From: Schizochytrium sp. TIO01
Taxonomy: Eukaryota > Protista > Bigyra: Labyrinthulomycetes
Reading direction: 5' to 3'
Assembly: GCA_004764695.1 (NCBI GenBank)
Contig: SMSO01000033.1
Span: forward strand, 248,001 to 312,000
Length of the DNA stretch: 64,000 bases
Part shown: positions 22,401 to 32,034 of the stretch, one piece after another
Layout of the letters: each line of letters opens with the position of its first letter
Numbering within the stretch: the first letter of the stretch is position 1
Translations under genes and position numbers: made by a program
The notes under the pieces: model-generated
Told to the model about the DNA's origin: nothing
Database searches by the model: none
The model's input: the letters and a program-made list of their open reading frames with translations, nothing else

Positions 22401-23850
22401 CTCAGACATTGATCCATCACAAAGCGATATTGCTTCCTTGAACACAAATGGCGGAGCTGTTAAATTCTGGGAGGTGTCTCGCGGCGCATACTATGCGCCT
22501 TTACCTAGCCGATGGCAAGGCCAAAATGACGAAAAGCTTCTGCAGGATGCCAAACGACTTCGACCTCAAGCTGCAGTGAAGCAACGTACGCACAATGGAA
22601 AGGAGGCGATGAATTATGGCACTCAATCAGAAGCTGACGAAATTGGCGTACATCGAAATGTACGTATGCTTGATGAAGAGGATCTTGTGGGTGCTGAGCG
22701 GGAACTAGAGATGACCCCTGTACATGAGCTTCGGGATCAATTTGTTCCAGTGGACGAGATATTTGAGCTAAGTTATGGTGCTGATGGATTTGCAGAGCCT
22801 ACGCACAGGTTTACGATGGAGCATAAACCTATGCATGGCTCAATGCATAAATTCAACAACAGTGAGGCAGACGAAACAGTAAGAAATGGGACTATGGGAG
22901 ATCTTGACGGCTTAGAGGACTCCAATGTTCCCTACAATCCAGAAGTTGCTCTTGACTCTCTTCCCAAGGAGCGCCGCCAGTTCATTATCGAACATCGAAA
23001 ACGAGCAAAGATGGCGTTGCGCTACTTAGATACTTTAAAAGACTGGCCTCAGGTCAGGGCGATGCCCTATCGCAAGTTAGCTTGCGTGTTCAACCACCAA
23101 AATCTCTGGGTGAATATTCAAAATGTAGAAGACCCACGGGCAATGACGTTTGAGATTGAAGAAGGCGAGCATTGCGGCTGGCTTCCTGTTCTTGACGTCA
23201 AGCCTGGTACTCAGTACTCTGGAATTACGCCGCATTACCCGCTCCGCACCCTTGGTCCAAAGCTCACTGAAGAAAAGGTGTCAGAGCTTCAGAGCAGCGT
23301 CATTCACGAAGTGCAGTCTGGAATTGAAAACTACCGAGACACATATAATGTGGGAACTCGATTCGCTGAAGTCTCCTCAGGCTTGCCACGTAAGATTCGC
23401 GAAGTTCTGGAGGCAAAACACGAGCTTGATATGACCGACAAAATCTATAAGAACGGGTGGATTCCTGATCCTAGTGGAAACGGGGGCGGTGGTTGGGAAA
23501 GCAGCTCTCTTGGAGGCCAGCGTTCCCAGACGTTTCTTAAGGAGTTTCGTACTCTGCAGAGCTCATGTCCTGCTGGTTTCAAGGCAAGAATTAACTTTGT
23601 GAAGCTGAATACATCTGACGCAAAGGAGGTTCGACGTGTAATTCTTCGGCGTCGAACTGTGGATTCATCAAATCAAAAGCTTTCACGTCAACTTTTCGAG
23701 GAAGCTCATGATGGTAAGGAAACCTTTGCAATCGGAGTGAAAGTCATTGCCTTTCCGAGTGCTGTGTGTGTAATTCATGTCGGTCTCATGGTGGTCTATC
23801 CTGATACCCGAAGGGTGCAACAAGTGCCTAAGACTCGTCAGGACTCTTGA
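19474..23850 (+). CDS. Multi-C2-domain protein with CEP76/CC2D2A-type transglutaminase-like C-terminal domain
   Basis: 1458-aa ORF. Canonical C2 (AARELIGADANGLSDPYATV...TLNPYFDE...LWDADEAGSSDLLG) plus two more divergent C2-like segments upstream. CEP76/CC2D2A-like WMSPDFFLSMKKGDIKAHCLLLANLFLGLSADAYVCLG, HMWVMTR, KFWE, YRKLACVFNHQNLWVNIQ. Confidence 0.85.
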   Translation: MWSLNNALHGSLPSVNMNNVWSNIKNLGEDNSARREEKTTDHENNDRNGEDGSEDQLEIFDNIRRDEEIDLDEIDGVEGIDDDDDQFSTEAARWAADNGLERSFAKYYKLAKDRPPEDIKDLARIRNWRVRLRSIRYKNHGELGDFFVSFNFGWNFKLSKKFVRVKASAQNKKVDKNGRTIEKKRKWRWVKTGTRGVCKYTQVRKDVEKGKFVQFDDSIEFDWTGSYFELYTKVLHVEVWIWHPLSPNEFLGKAEKSLHRIASGEMNMSGPEWEIKTQIHRRGRREETVLGALEFQCIFQEVLSYNIKFQNWVAQFRPWHIRAQPPEGEEDYLYPYAVFRLHSAVNPMRKVSSRSKELRIKDDDKNVKIDLGDVASLNFVGTRLGLEEGMLFVDLYHNRFNPFKNDMIGGARIPLTSIVENGFLSSKLRWFQPENAMAQLHHAMTCSGDDFDQRTGSNRKLQKVGQIYGTVDIDADESYVWQELLKDPIGIFSGRPPARLHREFAQLGELDPPELRDYPPYNHSYLAINIIAARELIGADANGLSDPYATVEWAGQRLKTRTINETLNPYFDEVLYFQIRSFEELVTSEELAESPYVRITLWDADEAGSSDLLGSTKLYLHWITGTCAEPSRGEARVPQQHTITVQRRKPNTWGGGLGRLREDEIRTRIFSDELKLSGLPPGIDSFVKVKAWFRAPQDGDLKEPNIATRKANGTDLLLLPDMKECEKMMLLQCLCDNRTTDDQARRGLCEESRFGHRCRRLIELEQNLNKFPSAANLMRLMYNQFQIHDMLAVNQYKEYHFLPTYLQPMSPPKSMIADESEAQYLAIRTSSKPNLLFRAAQLVRSIEFKNADGNLFDGAVNIHAATWMSPDFFLSMKKGDIKAHCLLLANLFLGLSADAYVCLGWAERRNKKVDLSLTMERRPSDVEDSEQPEEPEIELLPHMWVMTRESDNTACIRKRMRNRDAFAAGDMDAGTNSDIDPSQSDIASLNTNGGAVKFWEVSRGAYYAPLPSRWQGQNDEKLLQDAKRLRPQAAVKQRTHNGKEAMNYGTQSEADEIGVHRNVRMLDEEDLVGAERELEMTPVHELRDQFVPVDEIFELSYGADGFAEPTHRFTMEHKPMHGSMHKFNNSEADETVRNGTMGDLDGLEDSNVPYNPEVALDSLPKERRQFIIEHRKRAKMALRYLDTLKDWPQVRAMPYRKLACVFNHQNLWVNIQNVEDPRAMTFEIEEGEHCGWLPVLDVKPGTQYSGITPHYPLRTLGPKLTEEKVSELQSSVIHEVQSGIENYRDTYNVGTRFAEVSSGLPRKIREVLEAKHELDMTDKIYKNGWIPDPSGNGGGGWESSSLGGQRSQTFLKEFRTLQSSCPAGFKARINFVKLNTSDAKEVRRVILRRRTVDSSNQKLSRQLFEEAHDGKETFAIGVKVIAFPSAVCVIHVGLMVVYPDTRRVQQVPKTRQDS

Positions 23851-25016
23851 ATGTGATCGTATGGTTTATTCTGAAGGCTTTGTTCGTGTTATCTTATTAA
23901 AGAATATTAATGATTTCGTACTATGTGCTTTACTACACACAAAAAAGATAGCTTGATGCACTCATTGTTTTGGAAATGTTCATAACTTGTTGTGACTCGT
24001 TTATTCCGAGAGAACAACAATGTACAAGTCCATAAGACAAAGGTCAATAAGAGAAAGGAATGAACAACACACGACGCTTGGGAATTCGGAATGGTAGATT
24101 TGTGCAACCCATAGAGAAATCACAGCGTTTCTCTTATTATGAATGCCTATAGCTGCAGAATCAAATGGAAAATGAATACCTTGTGAGAATCTTTAAGGTT
24201 GAGAGAAAGGTGAGGAATCATATGTATTGTAGTTGAAAACTAAGTTTCTTTGTTTTGTTTTTGTATTTTTGCACGTAGGGGGGAGGGTGTATGAGTGAGA
24301 GTAAGAGGAAAAGAGGGATCGATTTGCTGTATGCTCTTCTTGGAATAAAAAAAAGACAAAAAAAAGATTGTCTTGCATATTTCCCACAGGGCAAAACATG
24401 CATATAGATTTCCAAGCAGAGAAAAATTAGGGTTGAGCTGGAGTTGGTGAATGTATTGATAATCAAAGACACTAAATGATAGACAAGCTGATGGCAACCT
24501 AGTCAGCAAAAGTAGGCTTCATTCCGTCTGAAGGAAGCCCTGCACAAGAATCAACCAAACCTGCAGTTAGGAGATCAACTGAAATGACAGCATCACAAGT
24601 CATATTGACAATCTGCAGGCTAGTGGATCCCATTAGTAGGGCCTAGCATGTGGACAAAGGACGCGATCCGAGGGGGGCGACGAGGGGCGGCTCCGAGTGA
24701 GACCAATACACTCGGAACTCACGCCTTCGCGAGCATATCTGTTCGATAAAGAGGCTTGTGTTGCGGACCCTCCATTAGGAGCAGGCAGAGTTGAAGGTAA
24801 GTGAATGTGTAAGTAAGTAGGTAAGTAGGTACGTTAGAAAGAAAAGTCTGATAGCGAGGATGGCGCTCTTGTCAACAACCAGGATTTTTCACTTCAGCAG
24901 GATGGATATAGATTCTTCATTGCCAAGAGTCATGATGCCATTGATTTTGGCTTTGGTAAGGAAGAGCGCCTCGTCTGTATTTAGTAAGCTGGTTGCCCGT
25001 CTCGGCATCGAGTAGT

Positions 25017-25607
25017 TTACGGCTCAATGATTTCGGGCTCTTGCTTTCCGTTGGTGTCGATAACAATGAGCTTGTACTTGGTGCTGTTGATGATAAAGCG
25101 TGCCCTCAGCTGCTCAATGCAAAGAAGGATAAGCTCGCGTGCCTCCTCGCGGGTCATGTTCTTCTTCCAGTGCTTGTCCATAACAGAGAGCGAGAAGTAT
25201 CCACAGTATCCTTGGGCAGTGTAGTCCACCTTGGCCATGGTGCCGAGGTAGTCGAGGTAGTACATGGCGGGACCCTCGTGGTCCACACCTGCGAGGATGG
25301 AGTTGGCCTGGTGGGCTCCTCCTCGGGCTCGAATTGCGCGGGCAAGTTCGTTGCGAATGAAGTGTGCTGCAGCGTGGTTGGACATTTCAAGGCCAGTACG
25401 AAGCGAGGTCAAGGCAAAGTTCTTCGCCACGTACTCGGTGAACTGGACGCGGGAGCTCTGCTCGCCTCCGCAGGCAAGGACCTTACGATCATCAATCATG
25501 ACGGCTTTGTCCTCATCATGTTTAAGGCTAAAGATAGAGCGGTTCGAAGTCATGTCTGTCAAAACCATGACGAAGTCCTTGCCGGTGACGCCAAGAACAA
25601 TGTCCAT
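25017..25607 (-). CDS. PSMB2: 20S proteasome subunit beta type-2 (beta4, PRE1 orthologue)
   Basis: MDIVLGVTGKDFV...HDEDK, VQFTEYVAKN, AAAHFIRNELA, YYLDYLGT, GYCGYFSLSVMDKHW; no propeptide, 196 aa. Confidence 0.95.
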   Translation of the reverse strand: MDIVLGVTGKDFVMVLTDMTSNRSIFSLKHDEDKAVMIDDRKVLACGGEQSSRVQFTEYVAKNFALTSLRTGLEMSNHAAAHFIRNELARAIRARGGAHQANSILAGVDHEGPAMYYLDYLGTMAKVDYTAQGYCGYFSLSVMDKHWKKNMTREEARELILLCIEQLRARFIINSTKYKLIVIDTNGKQEPEIIEP

Positions 25608-27977
25608 CTTGCTTGTTCGCTTTCCTTTCTAAACTAAAAGCTGGTCCGTCAGTGAAATATCTTAATGTCAAGCCTCAAAAGCGATACCAACCCGCTCTCC
25701 CCGGCGATCGCGCTGCACCTGGCCGCCTCGATCTAAGATCAATCGATTTCTGTCTGTTGTTTGATCGATGATTTCGTTGTCTATTATCATTCACTAGTAT
25801 ACCCACTCGCCCAACTTTATCTACTTTATCTTTCCCATTCTCTACTTTCCACCGCCTATAACCTACTTACTTCATCCTATTTCCTACTTGTAGTGTCCTC
25901 TATACCTCACTTCCACAATGCTAATCTTTCTGCTTTTTCTCTTTCTTTCGCTTCGCTTCTTTGTCTTCCTTATCTTTCCTCAATGAAGCTTCGCTCTCGC
26001 TCGACGGCGAACCCACCCGGCCCTACTCAACCCTAGCAAGCTCCTAACCACCTCTAAGAGATCCTAAACTGCGCAACGCATTTTGCAGCTTCTCTTTGCT
26101 AATCGCATTAGTGTCGCCGCCCGTTATCGTAGGAGTGTATTAACAGAGTAGCTAGGGATAGAGATTTAATAAGATAGTAGTATCTGTCACCTTTAAGAGC
26201 ACTGAGAAGTGATCTGAAGGCTTTTGATGGTCAAGCTTCTATCGTGCGCAAGGAATGAGCAATTGTCTGTAAAGAGACGGGCGTTGACTATGTATCTATG
26301 CGGAAAGGTGTCCGAGTCTGGAAATTTGTATATTGAAGTATGAAAGTGTCTTTGTCTACAATGTTGAAAAAATTGCCAGAATGCATTCTGCTGGGATGCC
26401 CAAGAGGCACTTCAGGCGAAATGGCGCTAAAATTGGATTTAATCTTGCTTGCTTAAACCTTGATTTCGCATTTGGGATCGTGAAAATCTGAAATGCATCG
26501 AAATGATTGTGAAAGTGTTGGAGGGAGCAACCCATTTCTTGGAAGGATAAGCCATGAAAACGGCTGTACAGTCGAGTCTTTGACTGGAAACACATAATTA
26601 AGATCGTCATAATATTTGACTTTGCAATACTGAAATGCATGAGCACAGCACTAGATATCTAAGCTCGACATATAGCTGATGGCATTCATGAACGTACCTT
26701 GGTATAGTATCAGCTAGATATGCTATGCAAGACTGGGGAAGTTGTCTTTTGCGATATTTTCAACATCATCAAAGAGCAGGACATTAGAAACTAAAACTAC
26801 TATGCAATTCTTTGGGTCAGTATAGGTTGCTCTAGTGCATACGGAAACCTTGTGCACAAGTAAGGGCACGTTTGTTTACCAATGAAAAATAGACCCCGCA
26901 CGTGGCTCCGTGTCGGCTCATATCTGCCTTGGTACACATTTGGGTCCCTTCTTAGGTACTAAATTTTCGATGCTCTCTAAGAAAAGTGACCTGAGACGAT
27001 TGGTCAGGTGGTAGATTGCAGTGTCCAGATATTGTACTTGATGACGAAATACCCTCTCCGATGCTCAACCTCCATCGTTTACCCGCTTTATGACCATTCT
27101 GATCATCATTCAGAAGATCAAATCCTCAAGAAGAAGCCTTCGCTTCCATTTTTGCCATTTTTGCCATCAAGCCCAATGACGTCCAAACGCTTAAGGAACT
27201 TTGGTGAGACCTTTCGCGGTCTGCTCCATCCCTCTCTCCATACATTCATCCCCAAAGGCTTGCACATCGCCATGGCCTGGCCACATCATATGAAATTACC
27301 ATCTAGACCAAGCAAGGATCTCAGCAAAGCAGTCATCTTCACGCTCGCGCTAGACTTGGGACCCGCAAAACCTCAAAGTTTACTTCAACTTCACACATGA
27401 TGGAAAAACTTCGTTTCGCTGTTTTGGTCCTCTAGAGATAGATAGGACCTATTATAAGGCCACATTGCTTTTTCTTAGGCACTTCTAGGGGGTGCTACCT
27501 CTAGAACTGGACAAGAACAATCATCCTCAATTTGAGTATGTTGCTGCTCAAACCAATTTGGAAAAGACCAATCAACTGTTTCTCAAGAGAAGCAGACAGG
27601 CGACGTTGGTTATTCCATCATAGCGCGGAAGTTGGTTCCCAATTAATTGCGAGCGAGAGGGAGAAACTTGGAAAGCCAATTCATCAACTACCTAGCTAGC
27701 TAAGCACTTCGGCCTAGTACCAGTAAAGAGAAATGAAGAAATAAAGAAATAAAGAAATAAAGAAATAAATACATCATACATACATGAAACAGCGCACCGC
27801 AGAACCCTATTGCAGGCATCTTGTGCATTCCGTCGGGTACTCCTCAGACGTCGCTGCGGCTTTGGTTCAGGCAAACACGGAGTTCTGAGCACGCCGGCGA
27901 AGCTCCTACGCGCTGGTGTAGCCATCGCGTTAGTTCTTGGTCCACATTCGCTGGGTTCTGGTCCTCAAGACTGCCAA

Positions 27978-29315
27978 ATGCTGGTCGCAAATGTTGGCCT
28001 ACGCGGCGTAGATGTTGTGGCGGAGGTCTATGAGCACCTTGAAGCGGCTGCTGAGTCTTTCTTCGATCGAGGCGTCGACTCCCGAGGTAAACTACTCAAA
28101 GACGTTTCCACTCGCGGTTGTCTTCACGTTACACGTAATGAGATGGCCGTGGTCGACCTGAACCAGCAAACCTGGGTCCAAGCCATAGGCACTAGCGGCC
28201 TCGACGCTTCCGTGGCCCTTTTCATTGTCTCTAGTGAGCTTTGCGCAGCTGGTGTTGTTCACGTGAACTCCGTAGATGCTGCCATCTGGGCCGCTCCCAA
28301 GCTTGCTAGAGCCGTCGGCGAGTCAAAGTCTTCTCCAAAGTCATCTTCAGAGGACTCCTCCGATGCGCCTTTCGAACCGTCCCAGACCGCTTGCAGCGCC
28401 ACACGTCGGAAGGCTTCGGGCCCCCTTCTCGAGGCTTACATTGTTGGTGGGTTCAAAGATCCTGAAGGTCGCTGCGAAGATATTATTCGTGCCATGATTC
28501 ATGGACTTTCTGAGAGCGAACACCGCATTAGATTGCAACTTGTTTGTGCTGGACTTGTTAATGATTCGCAGCACAATGGTAACGAAGAGGACCGTCGGGG
28601 ACCACAGTGTGCTCTTGTGACTGCTTGCGTCATATATGTGAGGCGATCTAAATCTGGAGTTGCCGGGCCGCAGATCCGTTTCGAGGCTGTTCCTGTTCCT
28701 GGCTTTCAAGATAGGGGTCCAGCGTTTGTCTTGAGGTGCTTGAGAACAATGCTCGGTGAGCGTAAGCTCGCAGAGGAGCTTTTGGAGAATAATGCAGAGC
28801 TTAAAAGAGCCAGGCCACAAAAGAGGCAGAGAATGCTGGGCAAAGCGCTGGTTGTTCAGGCTTTTTCGAGAGATACAGGACAGTTCTTAGTTCCGCAGTT
28901 CAGGTTCACACAACTCGATCGACAAACCATGGCTATTTTACTGCATATGGCCGAACGGCATCCGCAGGATTTCCTTATGGCAATAGAGGCGGGCCACATT
29001 GCACCGGCGAATCAGCTTAGGGTAGTTGCAGATGCATGCGAAGTACTACGACTCTTACTTCGGCACCCGCAAATATCTCCGTTCTTCCCTGGCAATAACA
29101 TCCCCTTGGTGTTCGAAATGAGCCCAAAGATAAACACTTGGGTACCTTCGTCTGTTGTGATGCCCTCAAATGGACCTGAAATATCTCTTGGAGGCACCGT
29201 TGGAGCTAAGAAGAATAAGAAACAAATCTATCAAAAGGTATCAACCAGGGATAGGGACACTGATATGACTGATCGTCATCACCCGCACGGATGCGTCTGG
29301 CAAGCCACCTGCTAG
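27978..29315 (+). CDS. NTAN1-like (protein N-terminal asparagine amidohydrolase family), catalytic Cys apparently replaced by Ser
   Basis: Colinear with human NTAN1 motifs as recalled: GCLHVTRNEMAV (GLLYVQQRELAV), LEAYIVGGFKD (LEVHLVGGFSD), LQLVCAGLVND (LVTLCVTELND), FQDRGP (identical), LLRHP...FPGN (LKKHP...FSGN). First ATG at 27978. Confidence 0.8.
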   Translation: MLVANVGLRGVDVVAEVYEHLEAAAESFFDRGVDSRGKLLKDVSTRGCLHVTRNEMAVVDLNQQTWVQAIGTSGLDASVALFIVSSELCAAGVVHVNSVDAAIWAAPKLARAVGESKSSPKSSSEDSSDAPFEPSQTACSATRRKASGPLLEAYIVGGFKDPEGRCEDIIRAMIHGLSESEHRIRLQLVCAGLVNDSQHNGNEEDRRGPQCALVTACVIYVRRSKSGVAGPQIRFEAVPVPGFQDRGPAFVLRCLRTMLGERKLAEELLENNAELKRARPQKRQRMLGKALVVQAFSRDTGQFLVPQFRFTQLDRQTMAILLHMAERHPQDFLMAIEAGHIAPANQLRVVADACEVLRLLLRHPQISPFFPGNNIPLVFEMSPKINTWVPSSVVMPSNGPEISLGGTVGAKKNKKQIYQKVSTRDRDTDMTDRHHPHGCVWQATC

Positions 29316-29836
29316 CTTCATATTTTGCCTGTACACAGTTAGTAAGGAGCATATGAGATAGATCATGTGGGAAGCCTGTACACGCCTGATAGCCAGCTCC
29401 GGTAGGCTACTTGACAGTTGGCCTCGTTTTTTGTGTGTGTGTGTGTGGGGGGGGGGGCACCACTTGGTGAATTCCATACTAAAGACAAATGCATAATGAT
29501 GATGAAGATGATGATACTTCTTGTATCTTGCCTATAGTTTATATCCTGGCCTTTGAAATTTGAGACTGTTGACTTTCCACCGCTTTCAGGATCTCATATA
29601 TATACATATACATAAACCGAAAGAATAGTCAATGCTATAAACATTTCTAAATTAGTTCCACAATTTCATAGCCTCGAAAAGAAACTCGACTATGAAAAAA
29701 TCAAATTTCTAAAATGTCGGAATGGTTTGGGAACATACACCAGTACAGAGTGAGCTCGTCGTCATCGACATTGTCTACAAAAACAAGAGAGGAAGTAGAA
29801 AAAAAAATATTATTTAAAAATGAAGCGGAAAGCTTT

Positions 29837-30810
29837 TTAGAGTTCACCGGAGTCAGTAATGACAACACGCTTGGTGGGCCTTCCAGACTGGGTGCCACCG
29901 GACTCAATCTTGCGCACGAGCTCCTCACCCTCGCGGTCGAGGACCTTTCCAAAAACAACGTGACGGCCGTCGAGCCAGGGGGTCTTAACGGTGGTAATGA
30001 AGAACTGGGAGCCGTTCGTGTTAGGACCAGCGTTGGCCATGGAGAGAATGTACGGGCCGGTGTGCTTAAGCTGGAAGTTCTCGTCCTTGAACTTGGCACC
30101 GTAAATAGACTCGCCACCACGACCATCGCCAGAGGTAAAGTCACCACCCTGTGTAATTAATTATAGGAATGCACAATCAACTGTTAGTTCATGAAACCAT
30201 CAAACATGTGAACCAGCAGCTAGTATAACTTTTGGAATAAAAGCTTTTCACTTACCTGAAGCATAAAGCCAGGGATAATACGGTGGAAAGCAGAGTCCTT
30301 GTAGCAGAGAGGCTATGAAAGTGTATGAAAACGCAACGAACATTATATCAAATCAGTGAGTGAGTGAGGCTGTCCACCAAAATCAGAGAAGAGACTGGGC
30401 AAATCCAGTTGTGGGTAGATCGAATTAGTACTTACCTTGCCGCTGGCGCCGACACCCTTATCACACTTGGCAAGGTGGAGAAAGTTTTCTGCGGTCTTGG
30501 GCACGACATCACCAAAGAGGCCGAGCTTGATCTGTAAGTGCAAGAGAACTCATGTTAGACTCTTCGATATCTCAAAAGTCATGGAGTCACTCGCCAAGTC
30601 CTCTTTCAGGTAAATTGAAATAGAAGCTAAGCGAGCAAGCTTATCAAGAAATAATCAAAATCAACTTACGCGGCCCTCGGGCTTTCCGTCAATCTCGATA
30701 TCAAAGTAAACGGTGTGGGTGACCTTGGCGTCAACAGCCTCAGCCACCGGTGCAACCACAAGGAGCACCGCCGCGACCATGGCGGCGACAAAGAACTTGA
30801 GCGAGGTCAT
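29837..30810 (-). CDS. ER/secretory cyclophilin (peptidyl-prolyl cis-trans isomerase B-like); 4 exons: 30670-30810, 30436-30531, 30256-30312, 29837-30148
   Basis: Signal peptide [25 protein letters not shown]. Splicing three phase-0 GTAAG...YAG introns gives a continuous 201-aa cyclophilin: [19 protein letters not shown]|[38 protein letters not shown], ending DSGEL. Confidence 0.95.
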
Positions 30811-32034
30811 TTTGCTAAGTAACGTCTTATTAAAGCCTCTGTGAATTCGATCATCCATAACACATATCGTTTATCAAGTTGTCCAAGTCAGTATCCTGCC
30901 TTTCGAACGGTCGATTCGTTAATTGCCATCTCGATCCCGGAGAATCCACAAAGACGGTGAGGTTTCGCAGGGCATCACAAAATCCAGTCCACCTATGACA
31001 CAGACTTCTTTGGAAGGGCCGTGCTTCCGCACCGTGTCTTGAGCGCTTGAACTCACCGAAGGAGCGATAACGTTTGCGATCTGCAGCGGGAAGAAGCGAA
31101 TGAATCGACTTTCGTTAAGGGATATTTATTTTTTAAAAAATAATAATATGAATAACTAACGACCCGAGTGTTTTGTTTCCTGCACTATCGCGGTTGTTAT
31201 AACCCATAGTAGAGGAGAAAATAGTTCACTTGAGGAAGGTATTGTTCATTGATTATAAGTGGATCATTGACGTTGGGCGCGTTTGGGGAGTCCAGCGTGG
31301 CAACTTATGGAGCCAAATGAGTTTTCCGTGCGTAAAGACGATGATGAAGTTTGACGCTTCAGGTCATCTCAAGATGGTGTATAACTTCGAGTCACTTGAA
31401 GGAATGATGTGTTGGAGGAGGTATGTTCACGTGAATGGCATGATCATAGCTCCTTACTGCTATGCACGTAGAGTGAGATAGGATTTATGGTGGGACAACT
31501 TTTTTCAGTTGTTAGGCATGGTCTCTAGGTAGAAGAAGGAAAGCCTTGCTTTTTGAACTACAACTACTTTTTTGGAGTAGTCTTATCATTGTTGAGACTG
31601 AGAGCGAAAAATAAATGACCATATTTATACTGTGAAGGGTAAATAGCTTTAAGCCATGGGGGCGCTTTGTACATTAAGGTGAAGGAAAATGAGATTCTCA
31701 TGGGAGTAGCGTTTGAGTCGAATTGAATATCGTAGTCGTATTTATATACAGAATTGCCTTGGCAGCTCGTGGAGAAGCTTTCTCCTTTGTAGCTATTAAT
31801 TAGAGTCTTTCTCATGCCATGCTTGAGCGTGCAGTGGCGGATTGCTCTTCTTTATTAAGTACTGTCGTTGAATCGTGTGAGCTTGACAAATAGTTATGCT
31901 GTTCATAGAACTCAGAAAGTTTACACAAGGCATAAATGTGCATGCGTCATAAACTTTATCCGAGCTATTCACAGTTCTTGTGCAGCTACAATCCATGACG
32001 AACTATTGTAGCAAACGATACATAGCTGCGAGCA

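Noticed and set aside
24692-24716. Hairpin TCCGAGTG-n9-CACTCGGA downstream of PSMB2
   Set aside because: A single 8-bp stem is expected by chance in 64 kb; no family-level features.
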